From an uncultured Lachnospiraceae bacterium (GTDB taxonomy: Bacteria; Bacillota; Clostridia; Lachnospirales; Lachnospiraceae): a stretch of DNA of 64,000 nt. Each line of letters begins with the position of its first letter. The stretch's first letter is position 1. Made by a program: the position numbers and the translations under genes. Below the pieces are notes generated by a model that saw only the letters and a program-made list of their open reading frames with translations, had not been told where the DNA came from and did no database searches. Shown one piece after another: positions 18,225 through 28,357 of the stretch. The DNA lies in assembly GCA_905235745.1 (NCBI GenBank), contig CAJOMN010000013.1, positions 13,931 to 77,930 on the forward strand. Reading direction: 5' to 3'.

Positions 18225-19967
18225 CTATGCGGTCTGTCTGATCAGAAGCTTTTCGAACTCGACCTTGCTGACGGGTTTGCCCAGTAAAAATCCCTGGATA
18301 ATATCGATGTTTCTGTCGCGCAGATAATTAAACTGCTCCCTGGTCTCCACGCCCTCGGCAACGGTCTCGAAACCGAGCTTTTGGGACATCTGGATGACGC
18401 TCTCATATATGATTCCGGAGCTGTCGTCCTTAAGTGCTGTATCTATGAAAGATTTGTCGATCTTAAGAGTGTCGATCGGTAGATTCTTTAAATACGAAAG
18501 CGATGAATAGCCCGTTCCGAAATCATCAAGGCTAACCCTCAAACCGAGACCGCGAAGGGTCTTGATCTTATCGATGACATCTTCAAAATTGTTGATGAAA
18601 ACCGACTCGGTGATCTCTATCTCTATCGATTCGGGATTGACTCCGTAGAGACTGATCATGTGTGACAGGCTGTCGACAAAATTCTCTTTTTCAAGCTGCA
18701 TCGCAGAAATATTGATGGACAGTACCATAGGGATATGGTACTTGCTCCTCCAGTCACTCATAGTCTTCAGGGCTTCCTTGATAACATAATTGCCTATCGG
18801 AATGATCGCTCCGTTCTTCTCTGCGATCGGTATGAATTCGTTCGGAGAAGTGATAAAGCCCTCACCCTCGGGATCCGGCCAACGTATCAGTGCCTCGGCT
18901 CCCCGGAGCTTTCCGTCGGATGCATTGTACTGTGGCTGATAATACAGCTGGAAGCCGTTCGTTTCTATCGCTTCCTTGAGCTGTTTTTCCAGGGATACGC
19001 TTTTAAGAAAGCTGTTAAGTATATCAAGCTCAAAATAACTGATGCCGCCTTTACACCGCTCCTTTGCCTTGTACAGAACTATCTCGCCGTTCTTGATGAC
19101 CTCGAGCGCAGTCCTTCCGGCATCGGGATACTCGGCAACGCCGCATGATACCGATATCATTATCTCTGTCTTGTTGGTCAGCACAAATGTATGGCGGAGC
19201 CTTTCCTGTATCTTGCGGTATATGACATCACAGCTTCGCTGACCGCACGGATTATAAACCGCGATAACAAATACGTCGCTTCCGAACCTTCCGACGATAG
19301 TATCATCATTATTGAAATCCTTGAGGTATTGGCCGAACTCCTGAACAAGCTCATCCCCGAACAGGAGACCTATCGAATCGTTGATCTTCTTGAAATCATC
19401 GATGTCGACGAACATGATCTCAACACTGACCTTTTCGCTGTCGGCAAGTTCGCACATATCCCTGAACTTCCTGACAAAATAATTCCTGTTGTACACGCCT
19501 GTCAGCGAATCATAATATGCAAGATATTCGAGCTCTTCCGAGTTCATCTTGATCTTGGTGATATCCTTGATGGAAATGATCTTCTCGACGGGATTGTGGT
19601 CATCATCGTATGTCACTCTAACAAAGCAGCTGAACCAGAAGCGCTTGTTGCGGCTCCTGACCTCAACCGAGTCTGTTTCAAGCCCCTCCCTTTCGACCTC
19701 AAGCATATGTATACGGAACTTGTCCTGATCGTCTTCAACAAGGAGATTCAGCATATATGACTCGTCATAAGGATGGTTGGCGATCTTCTCACCTACCATT
19801 TCATCCCACGGACCGACAAGATCCACCTTGGCGGGTGAACACTTGTAATCAAAGTAAACGAAAAGCGTTCCGGACATTTCAGCAATATGCCGGTACATCT
19901 TTTCGCTGGCAAGCAACCTTTCATTCAGGGCTGTAAGCAGATCTATCTGATATTTTAAATCTTCCAC
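18225..19967 (-). CDS. PAS-GGDEF-EAL signalling protein (intact EAL phosphodiesterase, degenerate GGDEF)
   Basis: The GGDEF-domain entry YYDSLTGVYNRNYF is present, but the active-site motif reads GRFGSDVFV instead of GGDEF. The EAL domain is intact: GAEALIRW, SINIS, DDFGTGYSSL, KIDKSF, AEGVET, QGFLLGKP. Confidence 0.85.
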   Translation of the reverse strand: MEDLKYQIDLLTALNERLLASEKMYRHIAEMSGTLFVYFDYKCSPAKVDLVGPWDEMVGEKIANHPYDESYMLNLLVEDDQDKFRIHMLEVEREGLETDSVEVRSRNKRFWFSCFVRVTYDDDHNPVEKIISIKDITKIKMNSEELEYLAYYDSLTGVYNRNYFVRKFRDMCELADSEKVSVEIMFVDIDDFKKINDSIGLLFGDELVQEFGQYLKDFNNDDTIVGRFGSDVFVIAVYNPCGQRSCDVIYRKIQERLRHTFVLTNKTEIMISVSCGVAEYPDAGRTALEVIKNGEIVLYKAKERCKGGISYFELDILNSFLKSVSLEKQLKEAIETNGFQLYYQPQYNASDGKLRGAEALIRWPDPEGEGFITSPNEFIPIAEKNGAIIPIGNYVIKEALKTMSDWRSKYHIPMVLSINISAMQLEKENFVDSLSHMISLYGVNPESIEIEITESVFINNFEDVIDKIKTLRGLGLRVSLDDFGTGYSSLSYLKNLPIDTLKIDKSFIDTALKDDSSGIIYESVIQMSQKLGFETVAEGVETREQFNYLRDRNIDIIQGFLLGKPVSKVEFEKLLIRQTA

Positions 19968-19988
19968 TATGTCAGTCCTCTTCCGTAA

Positions 19989-21065
19989 TCAAATGAATCC
20001 CTTTGCATGAAGAAGCTCCGCACACAGTACTGCTCCTCCGGCGGCACCTCTTAATGTATTGTGCGACAGTCCGACAAACTTGTAATCATATACGGTATCC
20101 TCGCGCAGCCGCCCTATCGATATACCCATTCCGTTCTCATAGTCAACGTCAAGAGTGATCTGTGGTCTGTCATCTTCTTCCATGTAACGTATGAACTGCT
20201 TCGGAGCGGATGGAAGGTTCAGCCTCTGGGGTTCGCCGGAAAATGTTACAAGCTTTTCTATTAGCTCTTCCCTGGAAGGCTTGGACGCAAACCTTACAAA
20301 TACTGCCGCGGTATGTCCGTTAAGTACCGGAACCCTTATGCACTGGCATGTTATAACGGGCTTAGAAGCCTTTACTATCTGACCGTTCTTAATTGACCCG
20401 AATATCCGCAGAGGCTCCTGCTCGGACTTTTCCTCCTCGCCTCCGATATAAGGGATGATATTTCCTTCCATCTCCGGCCAGTCACGAAATGTCTTGCCGG
20501 CGCCGGAAATGGCCTGATATGTCGTTGCAACGACCTCGACCGGATCATATTCGCGCCACGCCGCAAGTGCAGGCGTATAGCTTTGAATCGAACAGTTGGG
20601 CTTTACTGCGATAAATCCGCGCTTCGTACCAAGCCTCTTTCGCTGTTCGCCGATTATCTCGATATGCTCGGGATTGATCTCCGGGATGATCATCGGAACA
20701 TCCGGAGTCCATCTGTGGGCACTGTTATTGGATACGACAGGAATCTCGCATTTTGCGTACTCTTCCTCGATGGCTCTTATCTCATCCTTTGTCATGTCAA
20801 CGGCCGAGAATACAAGATCAACAGTATCCGCAACAGCCTTTACATCATTAACATTCATGACAACTATGTCTTTAACCGCGTCAGGCATAGGCGTGGTCAT
20901 CTTCCATCTGCCGCCCACGGCCTCCTCATATGTCTTACCTGCGCTGCGCGGGCTTGCCGCAATTGTCGTAACCTCAAACCACGGATGATCAGCCAGGATC
21001 GATATAAACCTCTGTCCGACCATTCCGGTTCCGCCCAGTATTCCGACCTTTAATCTCTCACTCAT
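19989..21065 (-). CDS. asd: Aspartate-semialdehyde dehydrogenase
   Basis: VGILGGTGMVGQRF Rossmann motif and active-site Cys in KPNCSIQ. The start is taken at the ATG at 21065, which forms an ATGA overlap with the argH stop. Confidence 0.9.
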   Translation of the reverse strand: MSERLKVGILGGTGMVGQRFISILADHPWFEVTTIAASPRSAGKTYEEAVGGRWKMTTPMPDAVKDIVVMNVNDVKAVADTVDLVFSAVDMTKDEIRAIEEEYAKCEIPVVSNNSAHRWTPDVPMIIPEINPEHIEIIGEQRKRLGTKRGFIAVKPNCSIQSYTPALAAWREYDPVEVVATTYQAISGAGKTFRDWPEMEGNIIPYIGGEEEKSEQEPLRIFGSIKNGQIVKASKPVITCQCIRVPVLNGHTAAVFVRFASKPSREELIEKLVTFSGEPQRLNLPSAPKQFIRYMEEDDRPQITLDVDYENGMGISIGRLREDTVYDYKFVGLSHNTLRGAAGGAVLCAELLHAKGFI

Positions 21066-22453
21066 GATCTCATCTCCCTTTCGGACAGCCACTTACGGCA
21101 GTCACGGATGTATTCTTCCATACGAAGCGGTGCGGGGCCGCCCTTTGTCAGTCTCTTTTCAACACAGGCTTCCATTGATATATGATCGTATATATCATTA
21201 TCGAAATAACCGCTTATTGCCTGCAGCTCCTCAAGACTGCACTCCTCAATTGATTTATTATTACGGTCACAGTATAACACAATCTGACCTATAATTCCAT
21301 GAGCATCCCTGAAGGGTACTCCCTTTGATACGAGATAATCGGCTGCATCAGTAGCGTTAGTGAAGCCTTTTGCGGCTGACTGCCTCATGATATCGGTATT
21401 GAATGTCATTGTTGATATCATCTTATCAAAAAGCACAAGACAGCTTTCTACCGTATCCATCGCATCAAACGCTGCTTCCTTGTCCTCCTGCATGTCCTTG
21501 TTGTATGCAAGCGGCAGACCCTTCATTGTAGTAAGAAGCGCCATGAGGCTTCCGTACACTCTTCCGCATTTACCCCTTGTAAGTTCGGCTATGTCGGGGT
21601 TCTTCTTCTGCGGCATTATGCTCGAACCCGTTGCAAAAGCGTCGTCTATGTTGACAAATCTGTATTCGTTGCTGTTCCAGATGATTATCTCTTCGCAGAA
21701 TCTCGACAGATGCATCATAATGATCGAAAGTGCGGCAAGATATTCTATCAGATAATCGCGATCCGATACGGAATCCATCGAATTGGCAGTAGGAGCCGTA
21801 AAGCCAAGCAATTCGGCCGTGTAATCGCGATCCAGCGGATATGTCGTACCCGCAAGCGCTCCCGCTCCGAGCGGACAGTAGTTCATCCTCTCATAAATAT
21901 CGCATAATCTGTCGTAGTCGCGCCTGAACATTTCAAAATATGCCGCAAAATAGTGTGCCAGCGTTACCGGCTGTGCCTTCTGCAGATGTGTAAAGCCGGG
22001 CATGAAAGTATTGGTATTGGCCTCGATAATCGTAAGCAGCGTCTGAAGCAGATCAGTTAACCTGTCCTTCATCACACCGATATTGTCTCTCGTATACAGG
22101 CGCATATCGAGCGCAACCTGGTCGTTGCGGCTCCTGCCGGTATGCATCTTCTTGCCCGCATCCCCGATCCTCTCAATGAGATTGGCTTCAACAAAGCTGT
22201 GAATATCTTCGTATTCGGATGTGATCTGAAGACTCCCGGAGGATACATCTGCAAGAATTCCGTCAAGTCCTGCGAGGATGGAATCGCGTTCCTCTCCGGT
22301 TATGATTCCGCACCGCTCCAGCATCTTAACATGAGCCTTCGACCCTTCAATATCCTGCGCAAGCAGCCTTGCATCAAACGATATCGATGCATTAAAATCA
22401 TACACCTGCTTATCGGTTTCCTTTGTAAATCTTCCGCCCCATAACTGAGCCAT
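21062..22453 (-). CDS. argH: Argininosuccinate lyase
   Basis: MAQLWGGRF, TGRSRNDQV, and the fumarate-lyase signature GSSIMPQKKNPD. Confidence 0.95.
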   Translation of the reverse strand: MAQLWGGRFTKETDKQVYDFNASISFDARLLAQDIEGSKAHVKMLERCGIITGEERDSILAGLDGILADVSSGSLQITSEYEDIHSFVEANLIERIGDAGKKMHTGRSRNDQVALDMRLYTRDNIGVMKDRLTDLLQTLLTIIEANTNTFMPGFTHLQKAQPVTLAHYFAAYFEMFRRDYDRLCDIYERMNYCPLGAGALAGTTYPLDRDYTAELLGFTAPTANSMDSVSDRDYLIEYLAALSIIMMHLSRFCEEIIIWNSNEYRFVNIDDAFATGSSIMPQKKNPDIAELTRGKCGRVYGSLMALLTTMKGLPLAYNKDMQEDKEAAFDAMDTVESCLVLFDKMISTMTFNTDIMRQSAAKGFTNATDAADYLVSKGVPFRDAHGIIGQIVLYCDRNNKSIEECSLEELQAISGYFDNDIYDHISMEACVEKRLTKGGPAPLRMEEYIRDCRKWLSEREMRS

Positions 22454-22490
22454 ATCATTCCCCCGTATTCTATATCATCCCTTAATACTT

Positions 22491-22517
22491 ATAAAAATAG
22501 GGGCAGTTCCTGCCCCT
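22491..22517 (-). terminator. Rho-independent terminator after tRNA-Thr
   Basis: On the minus strand, the stem AGGGGCAG/CTGCCCCT (22517-22499) is followed by ATTTTTAT. Confidence 0.75.
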
Positions 22518-22523
22518 ATTTAA

Positions 22524-22596
<73 letters not shown>

Positions 22597-22731
22597 CAAT
22601 GTTGATAGGGATACCGCAAAGCGGAGGGACCCTATCTACACGTGGAGCGCCTTTCGCCGAAGGCGAACTCCTAATGGCGCGACACTCCTTGTTAATGTTG
22701 CGAGATGTCAACATCTTTTCCAGCGCTTGCG
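22597..22731 (-). ncRNA. Structured ~135-nt RNA segment transcribed upstream of tRNA-Thr (either a long tRNA leader or a co-transcribed small RNA), family unknown
   Basis: It lies between a consensus promoter and the tRNA 5' end and has no ORF. The helices visible by eye are GATAGGG/CCCTATC enclosing CCGC-AAA-GCGG (22604-22636), GGAG...TTCGCC-GAA-GGCGAA...CTCC (22644-22671) with GCGCC/GGCGC (22647-22651/22676-22680), and ATGTTG/CAACAT (22695-22714). Confidence 0.35.
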
Positions 22732-22737
22732 GATAAT

Positions 22738-22766
22738 ATTATAAAAAAAATTTCCTCGTATTTCAA
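22738..22766 (-). promoter_or_regulatory. Consensus sigma-A promoter (TTGAAA-N17-TATAAT) driving the leader and tRNA-Thr
   Basis: On the minus strand, TTGAAA is at 22766-22761 and TATAAT at 22743-22738, with a T-rich spacer of exactly 17 nt. Confidence 0.7.
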
Positions 22767-22820
22767 GAAAAAAATCTTGCTTCTCCCGGGCACTGACAAT
22801 GGCATAACCGGTATTCTCAT

Positions 22821-24986
22821 CTACACATCCCATTCACTTTCTTCGTCAACATCATAATCATAATCCCAGTCATCATCCGTATCAGTCACTTCATTATCGT
22901 AATCGATAGGTTTATGTTCCTTCTTCTTAGGCACGGGAAGCGGATTGGGCAGCGGCTCTGAAGGCGCAACAGTCTCCTTCTTGGCTCTCTTTTTTCTCGA
23001 TATCTTTACTACCTCCGGCTCGGGCTCTTTGGTGGTAACAGGTGCGCTTGCAACGAGAGTCTCTCTTCCGTCGAACGCGGAATGTGCCTTTCCGAGCTCG
23101 ACATCATCTTCATCAAACATTTCTTCGTCGCCGAACCTCTCCGGTCTCTTCCATGCGGGAACTGATGTATTGTTATACGCCTCGCTCGCGCTCTCATGCA
23201 TTTCCGCATTCGGAACATATGCATCCCCGACCGTCTGCCTGATGCCCGAAGGCGCTACGGTTGTTACAGTAACCTCGGAGTCGTCAACATTATCCTCCTT
23301 ATCGAGGAAGAAATCCTCATCATAATCATCGAATGCATCCTCAACTATATTCGTATTGCCGGTATACCCGGATGCTTTTCTGTGTTCATCCGCCTTTATC
23401 TGATGATACAGGTCTTCGTCATTACCGACAAATATGAGCGCATTGGCACGCTTTACGAAATCTTCCTCGTTCATCTGCGCGGCGTTTTTCAGGTTCTCCC
23501 TTGTAGCGGCTGCAATATCCTTGCGCCCTGTCTTTTCAAGGGCATTAAGAGCATTGATATCGACCTTGAGCTCGGGATGATGATCAAGATACAGATAATG
23601 GATACCTGTCGAAGTGGCGATTATGAACACGCTTATGAACAGGAACTTCTGATCAATGCGGTTTTGCTGGAACAGCAGCATGACAACAGCTCCGATGATC
23701 AGCATGTTGATGACGACGACATAGTCCTTTTGTTCCTTCATGGCAAGGATAATGCAACTTATCGACATCATGAGGATGAACATATACATCATCTGGTTCA
23801 GTACTACGACCCATGACGCGCCCATTTCGGTATAAGCGCTCTCCCCTTCCGCGTCTTCAAGGAACAGATAGTTGTCGACCACATTATCATTAGTGGACGA
23901 CAGACTGACATTAAACGAATGATAGACGTCTGAAAAATCATATACCTCTCCGGAATTGCGGTTAGTATTCGGATCAAAAGCGGACATCTCGGATGTCATG
24001 ACAGCTTCGAATCCGGCGCCTGTTGCCGTTGATTTGACAAAGCACAGCAGCACCATGACTACAATACCTCCGGCAAGGGAGACGAGCATTGAAAGAGCCT
24101 TGGATGTGTGCGTCAGATAACCCACAAGCACCAGCAGCAGCATGGGGATTATCATGAACGGCTCGACAAATATCAGAAGTCCGATAAAGAGAGCCCCCGA
24201 TATGCAGAAAAGGACTCCCGCGTAGTCTCTCCTGTCCTCACCGGCTCCGGCTGAACCGTATTTTTCTTTGATGCGCTTATTGTAGGAAAACAGCGATATG
24301 AGCGACAGGGCGGCAGCCTGAAATATCGCGGCGACCATCGGCTCGGAGCTGAACGAATATACCGCAAATGTCTGTGACGGAATGATAACCGACAGGAAAG
24401 CGGCAAACAGTCCGCACATCTGGTTAGTGAACCTGCGGACTATCCTGTATGTCAACAGAGCCGTTACGGCAATAAAGAAAGCGTTTGTCCACAGTATAGG
24501 TCCGGAACCCGGCTCCGCTATGCGAAATACAACAGAGAGCACAAACGAATACAGGAAATGCGACGGATTGATAAGCGCATCTTCAACTATATCACCGCTT
24601 TGCGAATACGACCCGTCGATCAGCCCCATGGCGCCTTTATACGTATATGAGTCTCCGGCGTACAGTTGTGTCGAATAACGCATCCTGCTGCCCAGAAAGA
24701 AGGCCACGATACCGGCAAGCGCTATGACGATTATAACTTTTCTGTATGAGGTGTTCTGTTTACCTGTGGAAATAGCAAGAAGCTTTGTGAACAGATTGCA
24801 CAGAAGGAACATGACAAGGAGAATGAATCCGAATACGACTGCATAGAAATACCCCTGGTTCTGGCTGATTATCTGTTCGAAAACAGTTATGTACAACACA
24901 TAAGCCGTGGCTATTAGACCCGCGACTGAGCTTATCATTAAAATGGGATCGGATTTCCTGTTCTCCATTATTCTTCCAAAGGACAC
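22821..24986 (-). CDS. Large polytopic membrane protein with a ~250-aa acidic, low-complexity C-terminal tail (function unknown; a GT-C/PMT-like glycosyltransferase fold is only a guess)
   Basis: The first 470 aa contain about 12-13 hydrophobic helices. The tail is rich in D/E and ends TDTDDDWDYDYDVDEESEWDV. Confidence 0.5.
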   Translation of the reverse strand: MSFGRIMENRKSDPILMISSVAGLIATAYVLYITVFEQIISQNQGYFYAVVFGFILLVMFLLCNLFTKLLAISTGKQNTSYRKVIIVIALAGIVAFFLGSRMRYSTQLYAGDSYTYKGAMGLIDGSYSQSGDIVEDALINPSHFLYSFVLSVVFRIAEPGSGPILWTNAFFIAVTALLTYRIVRRFTNQMCGLFAAFLSVIIPSQTFAVYSFSSEPMVAAIFQAAALSLISLFSYNKRIKEKYGSAGAGEDRRDYAGVLFCISGALFIGLLIFVEPFMIIPMLLLVLVGYLTHTSKALSMLVSLAGGIVVMVLLCFVKSTATGAGFEAVMTSEMSAFDPNTNRNSGEVYDFSDVYHSFNVSLSSTNDNVVDNYLFLEDAEGESAYTEMGASWVVVLNQMMYMFILMMSISCIILAMKEQKDYVVVINMLIIGAVVMLLFQQNRIDQKFLFISVFIIATSTGIHYLYLDHHPELKVDINALNALEKTGRKDIAAATRENLKNAAQMNEEDFVKRANALIFVGNDEDLYHQIKADEHRKASGYTGNTNIVEDAFDDYDEDFFLDKEDNVDDSEVTVTTVAPSGIRQTVGDAYVPNAEMHESASEAYNNTSVPAWKRPERFGDEEMFDEDDVELGKAHSAFDGRETLVASAPVTTKEPEPEVVKISRKKRAKKETVAPSEPLPNPLPVPKKKEHKPIDYDNEVTDTDDDWDYDYDVDEESEWDV

Positions 24987-25010
24987 GGCAGACAGATCCC
25001 GCCTGTCTGC

Positions 25011-25736
25011 TTACTCCAAATTAGTATATACTGCCTGGACATCATCATCCTCATCAAGAAGATCAAGTGTCCGGTTGAGATTCTTCAATGCCTCTTCATC
25101 CGTTACGGAAACGTAATTCTGGGGGATCATTGTAACCTCGGCTGAAACCATCGGTATTCCGGCATCTTCAAGTGCTTTCCTGACCGTCTCGCACGAATCC
25201 GGATCGGTCAGTATCTCGAAGCTGTCTTCCTCTTCGTTAAAATCATCCGCTCCGGCATCAAGTGCCATCATCATGAGTTCGTCGGGATCGGTATCACACT
25301 CTTCACGGTCTATAATAATCTGACCCTTCCTGTCAAACATGAAGGACACACAGCCCTGTGCTCCGATGCTCCCGTTTCCCTTCGAAAAGGCGCTCCGAAC
25401 GTTAGCCGCCGTTCTGTTCGCGTTATCCGTGAGCGTTTCGACGATTATTGCTATCCCGTTCGGCCCGTAGCCTTCATATGTATAGTTCTTGTAATTGACG
25501 CTGTTCGTGTCTCCCGCGGCCTTCTTGATACCGTTGGCTATCGTGTCATTGGGCATATTATTGGCCTTTGCCTTGGCAATGACTGCAGCAAGCTTATAGT
25601 TGTTGTTGGGATCGGGACCGCCTTCCTTGACAGCGACGGCTATCTCACGACCGAGTATCGTGAAGATCTTGCCCTTGGCAGCGTCGTTCTTCTCCTTCTT
25701 GTGCTTAATGTTCGCAAATTTCGAATGTCCTGACAT
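25011..25736 (-). CDS. yebC: YebC/PmpR-family DNA-binding regulator
   Basis: MSGHSKFANIKHKKEKNDAAKGKIFT...; 241 aa, a typical family length and N-terminus. Confidence 0.92.
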   Translation of the reverse strand: MSGHSKFANIKHKKEKNDAAKGKIFTILGREIAVAVKEGGPDPNNNYKLAAVIAKAKANNMPNDTIANGIKKAAGDTNSVNYKNYTYEGYGPNGIAIIVETLTDNANRTAANVRSAFSKGNGSIGAQGCVSFMFDRKGQIIIDREECDTDPDELMMMALDAGADDFNEEEDSFEILTDPDSCETVRKALEDAGIPMVSAEVTMIPQNYVSVTDEEALKNLNRTLDLLDEDDDVQAVYTNLE

Positions 25737-25846
25737 ACATGACTCCTTCTGTACATAATATTCAAGCCGCGCTCACGGGAATGCTCCGCTTGCTGACTAT
25801 CAAAGATTTATTTTAACATTTATGATATTCAAGGTCAAAAAATATT

Positions 25847-26518
25847 CTAATCCTGACTATCCGGATTATCCGGCTGAGCCTCCGGGGTCTTCAGTTCGGG
25901 CGCTTTGTGAATAGTAGGAACATACTTCATGTCAAACAGCTCCATGACCTCCGGTCCGAATATATCGTGCATATACGAATACAGCTCGGCGTTATACAGC
26001 TCCATGTCCTGCTTCTTCACAAGATTCTTCTTGAGCTGGACTCTTATATCCCTTACCCAGTCCGCAATCTCCTCGATCTGCACGGTATTGCTCTGCAGCC
26101 TCTCGTAGCACATATCCATCGTCGCCAGCATGAGCTTTTTGTTGACAGCGTCGATCTCGCGCGGAAGTTCCATCAATTCCTCTTCGTTGTTGTCGAGCTT
26201 CTCGTTCACGTCATTGATTAGGCGCTTGTTGTCATTGAGCTTCTTGTCGGCATTTTCATCGGACTCTCTCTTATCCACGTCGTCAATATTAGAGACGATA
26301 TCATTCATGAGATTGCTCTTGATCTTCTTGAGCTCCTTGTTCTCGTTGACAAGCTTTCCCTGCTTCTTCAGAAGATCCGACAGTTCCTTCTCGAGCTGCT
26401 TGATCTCGTCGGTCGGATCCATCTTCCCGAAGATCCTGTGCCATTTGTTGTCAAGTATCAGTATCGGGATCTTGACCGAGCCTATCGCATTGTTAAACTT
26501 TTCACGATCTGCGCCCAT
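25847..26518 (-). CDS. Coiled-coil protein of unknown function
   Basis: A 223-aa ORF rich in K/E/L/N heptads (EIKQLEKELSDLLKKQGKLVNENKELKKIK). It starts 1 nt after the rex stop. No recognisable catalytic motif. Confidence 0.6.
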   Translation of the reverse strand: MGADREKFNNAIGSVKIPILILDNKWHRIFGKMDPTDEIKQLEKELSDLLKKQGKLVNENKELKKIKSNLMNDIVSNIDDVDKRESDENADKKLNDNKRLINDVNEKLDNNEEELMELPREIDAVNKKLMLATMDMCYERLQSNTVQIEEIADWVRDIRVQLKKNLVKKQDMELYNAELYSYMHDIFGPEVMELFDMKYVPTIHKAPELKTPEAQPDNPDSQD

Positions 26519-26519
26519 T

Positions 26520-27146
26520 TTATCTGCCTTTCAGATTGTAGCTCAGTCTCATCAGGCTTTCCGACAGATGAACGTTCTCGACGACAACATCATCCGGAAC
26601 AGCCAGATCGACATGCGCAAAATTCCATATAGCCTTGATATTACACGCGACAAGCGTCTTGGCAACATCTACCGCGCTTGTCTTGGGGATGGTAAGGACC
26701 GCTATATCAATATTGTTCGCGGCAATGAAATCCTCAAGCTCTTCCATCGGGCTTACGTACACATCCCTGATCTTCGTCCCGACAAGCTCGGGGTTCTTGT
26801 CAAATATCCCCATGATATGGAAGCCGCGCCTTTCAAAATTGACGTAATTGGAAAGCGCCTGTCCGAGATGCCCCGCGCCGATAACGACAAGCTCATGATT
26901 GTTGTCAAGCCCCAGGATCTTGCCTATCTCATCATAGAGATTGCTGACATTGTAGCCGTATCCCTGCTGTCCGAACCCCCCGAAATGGTTCAGATCCTGC
27001 CTGATCTGCGAAGCGGTAACATGCATAAGCTCCGACAGTTCCCTCGAACTGATGCGCATCACCCCTTCATCCTTGAGCTCGCCCAGATACCTGTAATATC
27101 TGGGAAGCCTCGTTATCACTGCCTGCGAAATATTGATATTATCCAT
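26520..27146 (-). CDS. rex: Redox-sensing transcriptional repressor Rex
   Basis: An N-terminal wHTH (ISQAVITRLPRYYRYLGEL) and a Rossmann NADH site (VVIGAGHLGQAL). Its start overlaps the icd stop (TAATG). Confidence 0.93.
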   Translation of the reverse strand: MDNINISQAVITRLPRYYRYLGELKDEGVMRISSRELSELMHVTASQIRQDLNHFGGFGQQGYGYNVSNLYDEIGKILGLDNNHELVVIGAGHLGQALSNYVNFERRGFHIMGIFDKNPELVGTKIRDVYVSPMEELEDFIAANNIDIAVLTIPKTSAVDVAKTLVACNIKAIWNFAHVDLAVPDDVVVENVHLSESLMRLSYNLKGR

Positions 27147-28357
27147 TATAAGAGATTTTCCAGATTCTTTCTGATGGCAACGATAAAATCATGGGAATTG
27201 AGCGTAACGGTCTCCGTAAAGGAAGTGATGAGAGCCAGATCCTTGGTCATCTTCCCCTCTTCTATCGTCTGTTTGGTCGCAAGTTCCAGCTTATCCGCAA
27301 ACCTGACAAGCTCCGGTATATTATCAAGTTCGCCTCTCTTACGCAGCGCCCCTGTCCATGCGAATATCGTGGCTACAGAGTTGGTGCTCGTCTCTTCACC
27401 TGCAAGATGCTTGTAATAATGTCTCTGAACGGTTCCGTGTGCGGCCTCATACTCATATACGCCCGACGGCGATACGAGAACGCTTGTCATCATCGCAAGA
27501 GAGCCGAACGCCGAACTGATCATATCGGACATCACATCTCCGTCATAATTCTTGCACGCCCAGATCATGCCGCCCTTTGACTTCATGATACGGGCAACAA
27601 TATCATCTATCAGCGAATAGAAATATTCTATGCCGGCTTCTTCGAACCTGTCCTTGTACTCTTTCTCATATACATCATTGAAGATATCCTTGAACGTATG
27701 ATCATACTGCTTGGATATCGTATCCTTGGCACCGAACCACAGATCCTTCTTCTGGTCAAGCGCATAGTTGAAGCAGCTTCTGGCAAAGCTCTCTATCGAA
27801 TCATTCACGTTATGAATGCTCTGGACTATGCCTGCGCCCTTTTCAAAATCATGAATGAGCCTTACATCCTTCGTGCCGTCGGCTCTTGTAATGACAAGCT
27901 CGGCCTTATCGCCGGTACTTAATTTTTCCTCGACATTCTGGTATACGTCGCCGTAGGCATGTCTCGCGATAGTGATCGGCTCCTTCCAGTTGGCAACGCA
28001 AGGCGTGATACCCTTTACGATAATCGGGGTACGGAATACCGTTCCGTTAAGTATCGCACGGATAGTCCCGTTAGGACTCTTATACATCTTCTTGAGGTTA
28101 TATTCCTCGACTCTCGCGGCATTCGGCGTGATGGTGGCGCACTTGACGGCAACGCCGTATTTCAGTGTCGCATTTGCGCTGTCAACGGTCACTGCGTCGT
28201 CTGTCCTGTTGCGGTTCTCAAGCCCGAGATCATAGTATTCGCTCTTAAGATCGATAAACGGGAGCAGCAGCTCATCCTTGATCATCTGCCAGAGAACTCT
28301 TGTCATCTCATCTCCGTCCATCTCGACAAGAGGCGTGCTCATCTGAATCTTTTCCAT
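27146..28357 (-). CDS. icd: NADP-dependent isocitrate dehydrogenase (eukaryote-like homodimeric type)
   Basis: [35 protein letters not shown], and GTVFRTPI; 403 aa. Confidence 0.92.
   Translation of the reverse strand: MEKIQMSTPLVEMDGDEMTRVLWQMIKDELLLPFIDLKSEYYDLGLENRNRTDDAVTVDSANATLKYGVAVKCATITPNAARVEEYNLKKMYKSPNGTIRAILNGTVFRTPIIVKGITPCVANWKEPITIARHAYGDVYQNVEEKLSTGDKAELVITRADGTKDVRLIHDFEKGAGIVQSIHNVNDSIESFARSCFNYALDQKKDLWFGAKDTISKQYDHTFKDIFNDVYEKEYKDRFEEAGIEYFYSLIDDIVARIMKSKGGMIWACKNYDGDVMSDMISSAFGSLAMMTSVLVSPSGVYEYEAAHGTVQRHYYKHLAGEETSTNSVATIFAWTGALRKRGELDNIPELVRFADKLELATKQTIEEGKMTKDLALITSFTETVTLNSHDFIVAIRKNLENLL

Noticed and set aside
26130-27416. 428-aa plus-strand ORF
   Set aside because: It runs antisense across three solid minus-strand genes (the coiled-coil gene, rex and icd). 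The first half is Ser/Leu low complexity. It has no RBS.
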